NCBI RefSeq assembly: GCF_900083515.1
Contig: NZ_LT671858.1
Location: forward strand, 720,001 to 752,000
Length of the DNA stretch: 32,000 bases
Direction: 5' to 3'
From: Cuniculiplasma divulgatum
Lineage (GTDB): Archaea > Thermoplasmatota > Thermoplasmata > Thermoplasmatales > Thermoplasmataceae
Of the stretch, positions 1-9,575 are shown in pieces. Within the stretch, counting starts at the first letter, position 1. Each line of letters begins with the position of its first letter. Under the pieces are notes generated by a model. That model had not been told where the DNA came from. It made no database searches and saw nothing but the letters and a program-made list of their open reading frames with translations. A program made the translations under genes and the position numbers.

Positions 1-142
1 CTAACCCTTTTTTTTCCAGCCATGAAATGGCTCCCCTTATATTTTCATTTGATAGTTTATCTATTACAATATCCTTCTCATTTATCTCTTTAATATCTTT
101 TAGGTAAAGAAGAACAGCTGATTCCTGAGGACTGAGTTCCAC
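1..142 (-). CDS. Partial CDS (5' end only, continues past the window start); winged-helix-like N-terminus, possibly phenylalanine--tRNA ligase alpha subunit
   Basis: Not in the ORF track (47 codons). The reverse-strand frame opens after an in-frame TAA (164-166), has GTG at 140-142, and stays open to the window edge. Translation: MELSPQESAVLLYLKDIKEINEKDIVIDKLSNENIRGAISWLEKKGL. The M-E-L-S-x-Q-E ... W-L-x-x-K-G-L pattern resembles archaeal PheS alpha N-termini as I remember them. The fragment is too short to be sure. Confidence 0.3.
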   Translation of the reverse strand, partial: MELSPQESAVLLYLKDIKEINEKDIVIDKLSNENIRGAISWLEKKGL

Positions 143-249
143 AACCCAAAATGTAAATAAGCGTTAATAATTTTGCTACTATCATGAGATCCTTTACTAT
201 GAACAATTCATGGCAAAATTATGTAATCAAGGAATGCATTTAGTTAACA

Positions 250-996
250 TTGAAAGACCTGGAAATAAGGGAGAATGTTTATATCTCAGACCTTTTCTGC
301 ATTTATTTATCTGATATATCCGCCGCAGTTATATCGGATCTTCATCTCGGGTTTGAAGAAGAAATGAATCTCAATGGCCTGTTCCTCCCAAAATTACAGA
401 GAAATCATGTTGAGGACAAAGTCTCTCAGATAATTGAAAGATATAACCCTGAAAAGTTGATAATCAATGGGGATTTCAAACAGGAATTCAGGAGGAATCT
501 GCCACAGGAATGGGATGATGTCATTCACTTCATAGATCGTTTTACTGCAAAGACAGAGCTTATATTTGTCAGGGGAAATCATGATAACTATCTTCAATCT
601 ATTCTGAGTAAGAGGGGTATTCTGGAAGTAGATACATACGAGACGGAAAATTACTACATCTATCATGGTGATAAGGATCTATCCTATAGAAAATTCACCA
701 TACTGGGGCACGAACACCCATCAATAGTTTTAAGAGACAAAATAGGAGGTGTATATAAGATACCTGCCTTTGTGTACGATGATAAAAATCAGATAGCAAT
801 CACGCCAGCAATGAGTTTCTTTTCATCAGGAACTGATGTCACTCAATCACTCTTGAGTGACGAGCATTTCACTCCTGTTCTAAAGAATATAAAAGATAAA
901 AACTTCAGGGTTTTTGGTATAACTGATGATTTTGGACTTGTTGACTTTGGTTTTCTTTATGATCTTCAGACGAAGAATAGAGTTCCCTATCGGTAA
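250..996 (+). CDS. Calcineurin-like metallophosphoesterase (archaeal SbcD/Mre11-related ICC-type phosphoesterase)
   Basis: TTG start at 250. Ordered motifs SDLHLG, INGDF, VRGNHDN and LGHEHP match the metallophosphoesterase metal-site motifs. The 3' end overlaps hemA by 92 nt. Confidence 0.8.
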   Translation: MKDLEIRENVYISDLFCIYLSDISAAVISDLHLGFEEEMNLNGLFLPKLQRNHVEDKVSQIIERYNPEKLIINGDFKQEFRRNLPQEWDDVIHFIDRFTAKTELIFVRGNHDNYLQSILSKRGILEVDTYETENYYIYHGDKDLSYRKFTILGHEHPSIVLRDKIGGVYKIPAFVYDDKNQIAITPAMSFFSSGTDVTQSLLSDEHFTPVLKNIKDKNFRVFGITDDFGLVDFGFLYDLQTKNRVPYR

Positions 997-2179
997 ACTT
1001 CATGGCCGAATCCAGAAACTCCCTTACGCTTTCAGTTTTTCCTTCTCTAACCATCTTTTTGAGGGTGAGTGTTTCAGGAGCAAGAACCTTATTCACTATG
1101 GAATTTCCCAGTAGTTCAAGTGCCTCTCTTTCTTCTGTGCCGTTTTCGATAGCCCTGCTGAATTTTTCAATTTCATCACTCAGTATATCCTTCGATCTAC
1201 TGTAAATGCTGGCAATATAGCCTTCAATTTCACCTTCTGCAAGCTTAGAGTAGATCTTTCTCAGTTCCCTATCAATAATGGTCTCGGCAACCTCTATATC
1301 CTTTTCTTTTCTTTTTCTGTTCTCCTGAAGAATCTGATTTGCCATCTCTAAATTGATCAGTTCAACATTTGGATTACTGTAACTTTCCTCAATATTTTTT
1401 GGGTTTGAAATATCTATAAACAGTAATTTTCTTGGAATTTTTTCAATGAGTTCCCTCGTGATCAATGGGGTCTTGGAGCTTGTGGCTGTCACAATTACGT
1501 GACACTCTTCAACTATATTTCCTATATCCAGAGTTTTCTTGAAATTTACCTTGAAAAGATGTGATAGCTCCGAACCTGCTTCCTCATTCCTTCCATATAT
1601 TGTGATCTTGACTGAAGGTTTCTTCTTTAAATATTTTACAACTGTGGCAGCCATTTTTCCAGTCCCAATTACACCGATAGTGCTACTATTCAGAAGACCT
1701 TTCTTTTCGATTTGCTCTATCATGATCGAAGGAATCGATACTTTTCCATGTGATATTTCTGTAGTCTCCCTTACTTCCTTACCTACCTTCAACGCTTTTT
1801 GAAAAATCATGGAAAGGAATTTATCGGTTCTACCCTGTTTGTGGGCCAGGTCAAATGCCTCCTTTATTTGTCTTAATATTTCCTGCTCTCCTATGGACAT
1901 GGACTCCAGTCCAGAAGAAACCCGCAGAAGATGTCTTATTGCATGTTCATCTTTCAATAATTCTGCATTTTCCAATTCATTCTCTGAAAATTTTGCATCA
2001 TCATGAAAATAGATTTCCAGCCTATTACAGGTCCTGAGAATCACTCTCTTCTCAATGCCCTTAGAAGACAGCATTTTCTGAAGTTTGTCATCGTCTTCCT
2101 GTAACTTTATTTCTAATATATTATCTGCCATTCTGTAGTCCCATCTTATAACTTTGAGTTCAGAATTCAAAAGCATCAC
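905..2179 (-). CDS. hemA: Glutamyl-tRNA reductase
   Basis: Active-site loop LRTCNRLEIYF near the N-terminus. Rossmann motif IGVIGTGKMA mid-protein. About 420 aa with a C-terminal helical dimerisation-like tail. Confidence 0.9.
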   Translation of the reverse strand: MMLLNSELKVIRWDYRMADNILEIKLQEDDDKLQKMLSSKGIEKRVILRTCNRLEIYFHDDAKFSENELENAELLKDEHAIRHLLRVSSGLESMSIGEQEILRQIKEAFDLAHKQGRTDKFLSMIFQKALKVGKEVRETTEISHGKVSIPSIMIEQIEKKGLLNSSTIGVIGTGKMAATVVKYLKKKPSVKITIYGRNEEAGSELSHLFKVNFKKTLDIGNIVEECHVIVTATSSKTPLITRELIEKIPRKLLFIDISNPKNIEESYSNPNVELINLEMANQILQENRKRKEKDIEVAETIIDRELRKIYSKLAEGEIEGYIASIYSRSKDILSDEIEKFSRAIENGTEEREALELLGNSIVNKVLAPETLTLKKMVREGKTESVREFLDSAMKFTDRELYSSSEDHKENQSQQVQNHQLYQKP

Positions 2180-2408
2180 TCCCGGAGTTATTCATCGATA
2201 TCCGTAAGTGATTTCTAACACGCAATTAAGTTTTATTTTATAATGGAACTACCATATTATATATACGGTCTCCGCTTATCAAAAAAAGTATGTTGTCATT
2301 AAATGAATGAAATATATTCATCAATTAGAATCTCAATAGCTTAAAAAAAGTGGAACATCATGAATTTGGATAAATCATGGTTTATCTATAAGAGTTCAAT
2401 TAGAGTGA

Positions 2409-3608
2409 ATGAGTGATAAAGGACCTTCCTTTAGAACATTTACCAATCGCAGGGAACTACTGGAGAATATCCTGAAGGATGATGAGATGGAAAAGGTAAT
2501 TAATAAGAAAATTAATGATATCTCCAGCCTCCTGGCGCGTGGTTATCAGCTAAGAACAATATCTAAGAAACTGGGATTGGGGAAGAATGAACTGGGCATT
2601 CTTTATGACTTTGCAAAGACAAGGAATAGCATAAGGCATAAGTATTCAAAATATGACCAGGTATATATGGATACATATTCAGCTTCCTATTCTACACCAG
2701 AGAATGTTGCAATGTACAGGGCTGAGAGATTGAAAGATAAAAGCATACTGGATATTGGTTGCGGTGCCGGTATGGCTTCAATTTTTTTATCAATGTATTC
2801 TACAGTTAAGGGATTTGATACGAATGAAGAAAGGGTTCTAATGGCAAGGATAAACAACAAAAAATATGCTGGCAGGGCAATTTTTGAGAATGGTGATGGA
2901 ACAAAACTGCAGCTAATGGAAAAAGAGTATGATACAATCTACTCAGACCCACTGAGGTCATCCAGTTCCAGGGAAAGGTCTTTGGAGGAATTGCAGCCAA
3001 ATCCTGATCATATCATGGATATTTACAGGGAAAAGGTGAGAGAATTTGTATTCGATCTACCCCCTTTTCTTCATCCAGAAAGGATTAAAAATATTCCTGG
3101 TACACTGGAGTACCTATCTGTGGATGGAGATATATCAAGGTTAACTCTTTACAGTAATAATGATAATAGAAGAATTTTTCAAGCCACTAGTCTGACACGT
3201 AACTTTTCATACATGTCCGACCAGAGGATGAAACCACAACTTGGAGACAGAGTAATGAACTATCTTTTTGTCCCAGACGCTTCACTTTTTTACTCAGGAC
3301 TCCATGGAAACTACTGCAATGAGCTAGATCTTAAAATCATAAGTGAAGAGAAGAGAAAGGCATTATACACTGGAGATGAGTTAATCCAAAATTTTACCGG
3401 TGATATATATGAGGTGATTTCTGTCGTAGATCCAGATACGCTGGTAGAAACGCTGAAAACAAAGAATATTGGAAGGGTAATTCTCCGTTATGACTCACCA
3501 GATTATTATGAGGAGCAGAGTAAAATACAGAGTAACTTAAATGGTGATGATATATCATATATCTTCTCATTTAAGGAAAGAAGAATAGTATGCAGAAAAA
3601 TCAATTGA
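2409..3608 (+). CDS. Class I SAM-dependent methyltransferase, substrate unknown
   Basis: SAM-binding motif I ILDIGCGAGMAS, acidic post-beta2 residue (KGFDTNEE) and a motif-IV-like IYSDP. The N-terminal ~100 aa (HTH-like ISKKLGLGKNELGILYDF) and the C-terminal ~180 aa are unassigned. Confidence 0.6.
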   Translation: MSDKGPSFRTFTNRRELLENILKDDEMEKVINKKINDISSLLARGYQLRTISKKLGLGKNELGILYDFAKTRNSIRHKYSKYDQVYMDTYSASYSTPENVAMYRAERLKDKSILDIGCGAGMASIFLSMYSTVKGFDTNEERVLMARINNKKYAGRAIFENGDGTKLQLMEKEYDTIYSDPLRSSSSRERSLEELQPNPDHIMDIYREKVREFVFDLPPFLHPERIKNIPGTLEYLSVDGDISRLTLYSNNDNRRIFQATSLTRNFSYMSDQRMKPQLGDRVMNYLFVPDASLFYSGLHGNYCNELDLKIISEEKRKALYTGDELIQNFTGDIYEVISVVDPDTLVETLKTKNIGRVILRYDSPDYYEEQSKIQSNLNGDDISYIFSFKERRIVCRKIN

Positions 3609-3655
3609 ATAGCTAGATAATAATTCTTAATAAGAGTGGAATTAATCTGGAACAA

Positions 3656-4105
3656 ATGAATGGAAAGCGCTTGATCTCATCTCTTATCCTCATATTGCTC
3701 ATATCATCTCTATCTATGGTAGGTGCTTCCGAGGAGCATAATGTAACTGCAACAGACAGACCCACGACAGCAATACACAATTATGTTGTTTTTCAATCTT
3801 GCTGTCTTCCTTCGAACATTAATTTTACTGTTCAGATCAATAATAAATCCTATGAGTCATCAAATTATTACCTGAATATATCATTACCCGATGGAACTTA
3901 TCATTATACCATATCTCTTCCCTATGACTACACTTCAAATATCACCACAGGTAATATAATTCTAAAGCAATCAAATGTATATGTTCATTTCAAGGTCAGT
4001 TACAGATCCTACGATCTCGGCGAGATTGTATTAGTGAGTATTGTACTTAGCCTTGTTTCAATTCTGGTTTTCATAGTTTATTACATAAGGGTAACAAGGA
4101 AGTGA
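3656..4105 (+). CDS. Small secreted, membrane-anchored glycoprotein candidate (hypothetical)
   Basis: Signal-peptide-like N-terminus MNGKRLISSLILILLISSLSMVGASEE. C-terminal TM IVLVSIVLSLVSILVFIVYYI followed by a basic tail. Several N-x-S/T sequons (NVT, NFT, NKS, NIS, NIT). Confidence 0.55.
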   Translation: MNGKRLISSLILILLISSLSMVGASEEHNVTATDRPTTAIHNYVVFQSCCLPSNINFTVQINNKSYESSNYYLNISLPDGTYHYTISLPYDYTSNITTGNIILKQSNVYVHFKVSYRSYDLGEIVLVSIVLSLVSILVFIVYYIRVTRK

Positions 4106-4162
4106 TAAAGCTAGATATTGCCAAAAAATAAATAGAGTTTAGAGATTACCATCAAGATTGGG

Positions 4163-4390
4163 ATGAAAACATATTTAAACGTAACATTTTCCAGCGAAGG
4201 AGCGAAACCATCTGAGATAATAAACAGACTGAGATCGCTGGGATTTAAACCGGTAATGGGGGACCATGATATGGTCTATGAATGGGCAAACAGTGCAACA
4301 GAAGAAGATTCTCTATGGTTCGCTGATAAAATACAGGCAACTCTGGAAGGATTTAAGGTACTGTTCCATATTGAAACACTCAGTGACTGA
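4163..4390 (+). CDS. Hypothetical small protein (75 aa)
   Basis: The ORF has balanced, protein-like composition (MKTYLNVTFSSEGAKPSEIINRLRSLGFKP...) and fills an otherwise empty gap. I recognise no family. Confidence 0.4.
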   Translation: MKTYLNVTFSSEGAKPSEIINRLRSLGFKPVMGDHDMVYEWANSATEEDSLWFADKIQATLEGFKVLFHIETLSD

Positions 4391-4667
4391 TGTCAAATCT
4401 CCTAATATTGTTGCAATTCAAACAGGTTACGAGAACCTTACCTTTCTTTATTCTTAGCCTATAGTTGTGCTCATAAGGATATTTACAGTTTTTGCAATAG
4501 CTTCTTTTAATATTCTTTGATAATGTTATATCAAATCTGACCGAAAGTTTCTCTATCTGTTTCACTATTTCTGATTTAGGAACAACTGATTCACTATTCA
4601 TCAGGTTATACAGGTAATCTATTCTTTTCAGGGCAACATTTCTAGTCTCATTTTTATTGGGTTTCAA
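4380..4667 (-). CDS. rnp4: Ribonuclease P protein component 4 (Rpp21/Rpr2 family)
   Basis: N-terminal helical ALKRIDYLYNLM segment, then KRSYCKNCKYPY ... VTCLNCNNIRRF, a four-Cys zinc ribbon with the RLRIKKG arm between the Cys pairs. The 95-aa size is typical of archaeal RNP4. Confidence 0.75.
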   Translation of the reverse strand: MKPNKNETRNVALKRIDYLYNLMNSESVVPKSEIVKQIEKLSVRFDITLSKNIKRSYCKNCKYPYEHNYRLRIKKGKVLVTCLNCNNIRRFDISH

Positions 4668-4700
4668 TAAATACGTATAAATTGTAAGTTTATATTATTA

Positions 4701-5384
4701 ATGCAAATGATCAAACTTTTGATTCTTGACATCGATGGAACCATTACACAGAAGGATCAGAGCATATTACCGGAAACTCTAGTTGCACTCAGGAAGGTTG
4801 TTTTCTCAAATCCAGAAATGCACATATGTCTTGCAAGTGGAAACGTGCTTCCAGTAATGTTCGGAGTTAGAACTATTCTTGGGGTAGGGGAATCACTGGC
4901 AGGAGAAAATGGAGGGATTTTACTTTATAAACAGAGGATAACCTCATACTTTCAAAAGCAAAAAACAGTAGATGCTTATAAAGAAATTGAGAAAGACTTG
5001 GGTGCAGTTGAATTCATCACCAATCGATGGAGAGAGACTTCCATAAGTTTCATACTCGATGGGAGTTATGATTTTACAAAATATGAGAAGAAATATGATG
5101 TTGTGATTCAGGACAGTGGATTTGCAAAGCATATTCTGAACAAAGGTCAAAATAAGGGATTTATAGCAAGGGAGTTAATGAAGATTTACGCTGTTTCAAA
5201 AGATGAAACACTTGCCTGTGGTGATGGTGATAACGATGCCGATCTATTCGAAGTTGTCGGAATGAGCGGAACAATATCAAACGGAAGTAGGTCTGTTAAG
5301 GAAAGGGCTGAATACGTTTCAGAAAAAGCCTATGGAGACGGATTGATAGACATAATGAAACACTTCAGGCTACTTGAGGAGTGA
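4701..5384 (+). CDS. HAD-IIB (Cof-type) phosphatase, phosphoglycolate-phosphatase-like
   Basis: HAD motif I LILDIDGTIT, motif II SGN, motif III NKG and motif IV GDGDNDADLF. Size and cap resemble archaeal phosphoglycolate phosphatases; the substrate is inference. Confidence 0.85.
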   Translation: MQMIKLLILDIDGTITQKDQSILPETLVALRKVVFSNPEMHICLASGNVLPVMFGVRTILGVGESLAGENGGILLYKQRITSYFQKQKTVDAYKEIEKDLGAVEFITNRWRETSISFILDGSYDFTKYEKKYDVVIQDSGFAKHILNKGQNKGFIARELMKIYAVSKDETLACGDGDNDADLFEVVGMSGTISNGSRSVKERAEYVSEKAYGDGLIDIMKHFRLLEE

Positions 5385-6618
5385 TCATATTGCCAAGACA
5401 ATCCTCAATTATTTCCCTGTTTGATATGACTTTTTCTCCTCTAACGAAAACATTTCTTGGAAATACAACATCAAACCCATTAAACGGTGAGATTGTCAGT
5501 TTAGAATGAAGCCTATTCTCATTCAATTTCTCCATATCTGAAAAGTTAACGGACACAAAATCAGCTGAATACCCTTTCTCTATTTTCCCTTTTTTTATAC
5601 CAAATAATTCTGCAGGCCTAGATGCACCTGTTTTTAAAAGAGTATCTAAAGATAGAATTTTCTTATGAACAAGGGCGAGCATGAGAGGTACCCTCGTCTC
5701 AACCCCTATGATCCCTGATTTTCCAAATTGTATACTTTCTTTATCCTTCTCAAGGTGGGGTGCATGATCAGATGATAGCAAATCAAATTTACCATCAAGA
5801 TACGCCTCTCTAGTTTTTTCCATTACAGCCTTTTCTCTTAAAGGTGGATTTACCTTCCCGTAGGCTCCAAGCTGCATTTCCTCATTAAGAAGAATATGGT
5901 GTGGTGTAACCTCCATGAAAAACTTTTCTGGAAAACTTTGGGCATTCCCATAATCACTTATATGGGCTGCAATTTTGACACTGGTTTTTAGTTTTGATAT
6001 GGTTCTAAGTGCCTCCATTTCGCATGAACTTGGCCTTGATAAATCGTGATCTATGAGAGTTTTAACCTCCCTTGCACTATTCTTTCTCAGGCATTCAGCG
6101 GATTCTCCATGGAAAACAACTGGTCTGCTATATTTTTCTAAAAATTGATCATGTTCATAATCTCCAGTGAATGCGGTACTGTTTGTGCTTTCACCCATAA
6201 AAATTTTTAAACCAATGCTCTCCTTTGAAATCACGTCTCCATTGGTTCCATCATACAGTGAAAACAATCCATAGTCGGTGAAGGATCTGCCCTTCACAAC
6301 AGCTTTCTTTCTGTCGAATTGATTGTAATCTCTTATGGGTATTATGTTATTTGGCATATCCAGTACGGTCGTTGTACCTCCAAAAACGGAGGACATACTA
6401 CCGGTATAAAAGTCCTCTTTATCAGTTTCCCCTGGATCCCTGAAGTGTACGTGGGCATCAAAGAAACCTGGAAGAATTGCTCCTTCAATTCTTTCAGTTT
6501 TTACAGATTTCTCAAATTTCCTCACATCTGTAATTACTCCGTTCTTAACATATACAAAAAGGTCCTGGAAAGTTCCGAAATAATAAAATTTTCCACTAAA
6601 AATCTTATCCTCCATCAT
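5365..6618 (-). CDS. pyrC: Dihydroorotase
   Basis: Amidohydrolase metal motifs FDAHVHFRDPG and LSSDHAPH. 417 aa. Its ATG overlaps the queE stop (ATGA at 6615-6618). Confidence 0.9.
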   Translation of the reverse strand: MMEDKIFSGKFYYFGTFQDLFVYVKNGVITDVRKFEKSVKTERIEGAILPGFFDAHVHFRDPGETDKEDFYTGSMSSVFGGTTTVLDMPNNIIPIRDYNQFDRKKAVVKGRSFTDYGLFSLYDGTNGDVISKESIGLKIFMGESTNSTAFTGDYEHDQFLEKYSRPVVFHGESAECLRKNSAREVKTLIDHDLSRPSSCEMEALRTISKLKTSVKIAAHISDYGNAQSFPEKFFMEVTPHHILLNEEMQLGAYGKVNPPLREKAVMEKTREAYLDGKFDLLSSDHAPHLEKDKESIQFGKSGIIGVETRVPLMLALVHKKILSLDTLLKTGASRPAELFGIKKGKIEKGYSADFVSVNFSDMEKLNENRLHSKLTISPFNGFDVVFPRNVFVRGEKVISNREIIEDCLGNMITPQVA

Positions 6619-7244
6619 ACACCTCTTTTTTCACCATATATTATTTTATGCATCTGAAGCATAACTCTCACGTTTAACCTATTCTCTATGACTCTGTTAA
6701 CAAGCCAGTCTGGTGGAGTTCCCCATGCAGGTTGAAGAATAACTTCACATTTCACAAGGTTGTTTTTTAGAAATTCCAGAGCAAATGAAAAATCAATTTC
6801 ATTCTGTATTACCATTTTTATATAATCAAATTCCCTCAGCTTTTCAAGGTTTTCCTTTTTAAGGCTCCTTTCCTCACCAGATGAAGGTGTCTTCACATCC
6901 ATATCAATTACAGTGCCATCATACTTGGTGAAAGGCTCAATATCTAGCGATCCACCAGTTTCAATGAGTATCTTCTTTCCCATTCCTGTAAGAGAAGAAA
7001 CAAATTCTTTCGCATCTCTTTGAAGCAGTGGTTCTCCGCCAGTAAGGCATATCCAGTCTTCCCATACTTTGGAACATTCCTCAATAAGTGATCTAACTGG
7101 TTCTTCAGTCCCACCAGTAAAAGAATAAGTTGTGTCACACCATTTACACCTTAGATTACAAAGATTTGTCCTTACGAAATACATTGGCACTCCCGTTAGG
7201 GTCCCTTCTCCCTGAATACTGTGAAATTTCTCTGTGATTAACAT
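6615..7244 (-). CDS. queE: 7-carboxy-7-deazaguanine synthase (radical SAM)
   Basis: N-terminus FHSIQGEGTLTGVPMYFVRTNLCNLRCKWCDT (QueE-type SIQGEG box plus Cys cluster), LTGGEPLL, IETGG, and C-terminal LQMHKIIYG. Confidence 0.88.
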   Translation of the reverse strand: MLITEKFHSIQGEGTLTGVPMYFVRTNLCNLRCKWCDTTYSFTGGTEEPVRSLIEECSKVWEDWICLTGGEPLLQRDAKEFVSSLTGMGKKILIETGGSLDIEPFTKYDGTVIDMDVKTPSSGEERSLKKENLEKLREFDYIKMVIQNEIDFSFALEFLKNNLVKCEVILQPAWGTPPDWLVNRVIENRLNVRVMLQMHKIIYGEKRGV

Positions 7245-7251
7245 TTTTTCC

Positions 7252-7998
7252 TCAAATTTTTACTCTCTTCCCAGATGAAAGCAATCTGGTTGTCCCAAAC
7301 TCAGTCATACCATTCAATTGCTTCATATTAAAAACAGGACCATCCACACAAACCTGAAAACCATCTACTGAGCAGGAGTCACATAATCCAATTCCACATT
7401 TCATACTTCTTTCCATTGAGAATTCTGCGTTGACATTCAATTTTTTAATTTTATCATATACTGCCTTCAGCATTTTTTCAGGTCCACACACATAGATCAT
7501 GGAAAAATCTTCTGGATTCACGACTTCAATTCCATCAGTGACTATTCCTTTTATTCCCTTTTTTCCATCCTCTGTTACTTCAATCCTGTGATCCTCATCA
7601 AATTCATCAGAAAACAGAAGTTCATCGAATGTTCTAGAGGCAATGATTCCAGTTGCATTTCTATCGATAAGTGGTTTTAGCGAGGCCATACCTGAACCTC
7701 CTCCGATCAGCAACTTGTTTCCAGATGTACTGGAGAATGGTTTTCCGTAGGGTCCACGGAGAAATACCCACTCTCCTGCTTCAGTTTCTATTAATTTCTT
7801 GGTGCTATCCCCATATGCTTTTACCGTTATACATTTCTCATCTTCAGTTTGGGACAAGGACATAGGCACTTCTCCATAACCCGGAACCCAGACCATAACA
7901 AACTGACCGGGAAGAACCTTGACATTCCACTTAAAGTAAAGTGAAACGACTGTTGGTGTATTTTTCACCCTTTTTGTTATACGAATATGTTCCATCAT
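7252..7998 (-). CDS. pyrK: Dihydroorotate dehydrogenase (class 1B) electron-transfer subunit
   Basis: Ferredoxin-reductase-like fold (GGGSGMASL nucleotide motif). C-terminal 2Fe-2S motif MKCGIGLCDSCSVDGFQVC. Its ATG overlaps the pyrD stop (7995-7998). Confidence 0.88.
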   Translation of the reverse strand: MMEHIRITKRVKNTPTVVSLYFKWNVKVLPGQFVMVWVPGYGEVPMSLSQTEDEKCITVKAYGDSTKKLIETEAGEWVFLRGPYGKPFSSTSGNKLLIGGGSGMASLKPLIDRNATGIIASRTFDELLFSDEFDEDHRIEVTEDGKKGIKGIVTDGIEVVNPEDFSMIYVCGPEKMLKAVYDKIKKLNVNAEFSMERSMKCGIGLCDSCSVDGFQVCVDGPVFNMKQLNGMTEFGTTRLLSSGKRVKI

Positions 7999-8897
7999 CT
8001 CACAGCCACCCCAACAAGCTCCTCCAGGTTATTAATTCCATTGGATATCATATATTTCTCCAGATCCCCCGTAATTCTCATGAATATACTTCTACCGTAC
8101 TTCATAAGAGCAGTTCCTATCTGGAACACAGATGCCCCGGCCATTATGTATTCAAGTGCATCAATGTAACTGGATATCCCACCAACGCCTATTATGTCAA
8201 TCTCTGTTTCTTTCCTTACTTCGTAAACACATCTTAGTCCTACAGGTTTAATTGCTGTGCCGGACATTCCCCCATAACTGTTTGTGAGAACAGGTCTTCT
8301 TGCTTCAATATCAATGGCCATAGCCCTGACTGTATTAATCAAGACAAGGGCATCCGAGTCAGAAGCGGCTCTTGAAATCTCTGATATGGAGGTAACATTT
8401 GGACTGAGTTTGCTCCAGACCGGTATTTTAATGGTACCCTTCAGGGTTTTTACAATTTCCTTGACCAGAACCGGATCACTTCCAACTTCAGATCCGAACC
8501 CCTGAACGTGCGGGCAGGAAAGATTAAGTTCTACAGCACTAACTCCAAAGTCCTGCATTTTTAGGGCCAATTTAAGGAAATCATCTGTATTTGAAGCAAA
8601 AATACTACCGATCACAGGTTTTTTTGCCGTAAGGGCAATCTTAATCTCCTCCTCAAACGAATCAATTCCTGGGTTAGGGAGACCCATTGCATTAATCAGA
8701 TAGGTATCTTCAGGAACCACTACTGGTGAAAAATAGCCGTTTCTTTCTTCAGTACCTATGGATTTGGTAACTACTGCCCCGGCTCCATCCTCCAGAACTC
8801 TTTTCATTGTATATCCATTCTCATCAAGAATTCCAGATGCAAGTATGGCAGGTGATTCAAAACTAACTCCTCCTGTTTTAACGGCTAAGGAAACCAT
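7995..8897 (-). CDS. pyrD: Dihydroorotate dehydrogenase catalytic subunit (class 1B)
   Basis: Motifs AILASG, NLSCPH (active-site Cys loop), GGMSG, IIGVGGISS and GASVFQIGTAL. 300 aa. Confidence 0.92.
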   Translation of the reverse strand: MVSLAVKTGGVSFESPAILASGILDENGYTMKRVLEDGAGAVVTKSIGTEERNGYFSPVVVPEDTYLINAMGLPNPGIDSFEEEIKIALTAKKPVIGSIFASNTDDFLKLALKMQDFGVSAVELNLSCPHVQGFGSEVGSDPVLVKEIVKTLKGTIKIPVWSKLSPNVTSISEISRAASDSDALVLINTVRAMAIDIEARRPVLTNSYGGMSGTAIKPVGLRCVYEVRKETEIDIIGVGGISSYIDALEYIMAGASVFQIGTALMKYGRSIFMRITGDLEKYMISNGINNLEELVGVAVR

Positions 8898-9038
8898 CTA
8901 TCTCAGGACTTCATCATATTAGATTATTTTATTGTTTCATAAATTCTACGGAAAATATGTGTCATCACCTTATTTCAACGCTTAACCGAGAACTCTCGTT
9001 TTCTAAGAATAAATATTGAGTAATCTACCCGCGATTTT

Positions 9039-9575
9039 TCAGCAGTCTATTCTTAATTCTTCTGGAAAATTTTCAAGGGGAATAATATTTGGTCCCCTAT
9101 TGAGAAATGGGCCATAATAGAAAAAGACTCCTGGAACATTGAATATTTTACATGATAGATACATATTTCCAGTCAGGCTATGAAACATGTGAGCCTTTTC
9201 ACTATCTGAACATCGCATTACAAGTTCGTCTGTAACATCAAGGAATTTTTTTATAGTGTCTATTTCCAGAGTATCGTTTATAACCACTCTCGACGCGCCT
9301 GACACTATTATATCCATTAAATCATTTTCTTTATACGGATATGCCATCAAAGTAAATTCAATATATTTGGAAAGTTCATTATACATTTTGAAGTTAAAAC
9401 GGTAATGTGTTATTGCATCAAGATCAACAACAAAAGCTTCGTCGTAAGGGACCTTTGCCAGTTCTTCCATGTCTTCCATGCCTTCGATTTTACCTCTGTT
9501 TATGATCAAACAATGCATGTTAAGTGTAATTTTCTCCATAAGAAAATGTTTTCTATAAATTTTGAATGCCATCAT
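9039..9575 (-). CDS. Hypothetical protein, possibly HisA/HisF-related barrel protein (COG1411-like)
   Basis: FVVDLDAITHYRFNFKMYNELS and IIVSGASRVVINDTLE resemble the LDaI and Ga..vviGTE segments of the uncharacterised archaeal HisA-related family. The resemblance is weak and by eye only. The true start may be an internal Met. Confidence 0.45.
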   Translation of the reverse strand: MMAFKIYRKHFLMEKITLNMHCLIINRGKIEGMEDMEELAKVPYDEAFVVDLDAITHYRFNFKMYNELSKYIEFTLMAYPYKENDLMDIIVSGASRVVINDTLEIDTIKKFLDVTDELVMRCSDSEKAHMFHSLTGNMYLSCKIFNVPGVFFYYGPFLNRGPNIIPLENFPEELRIDC

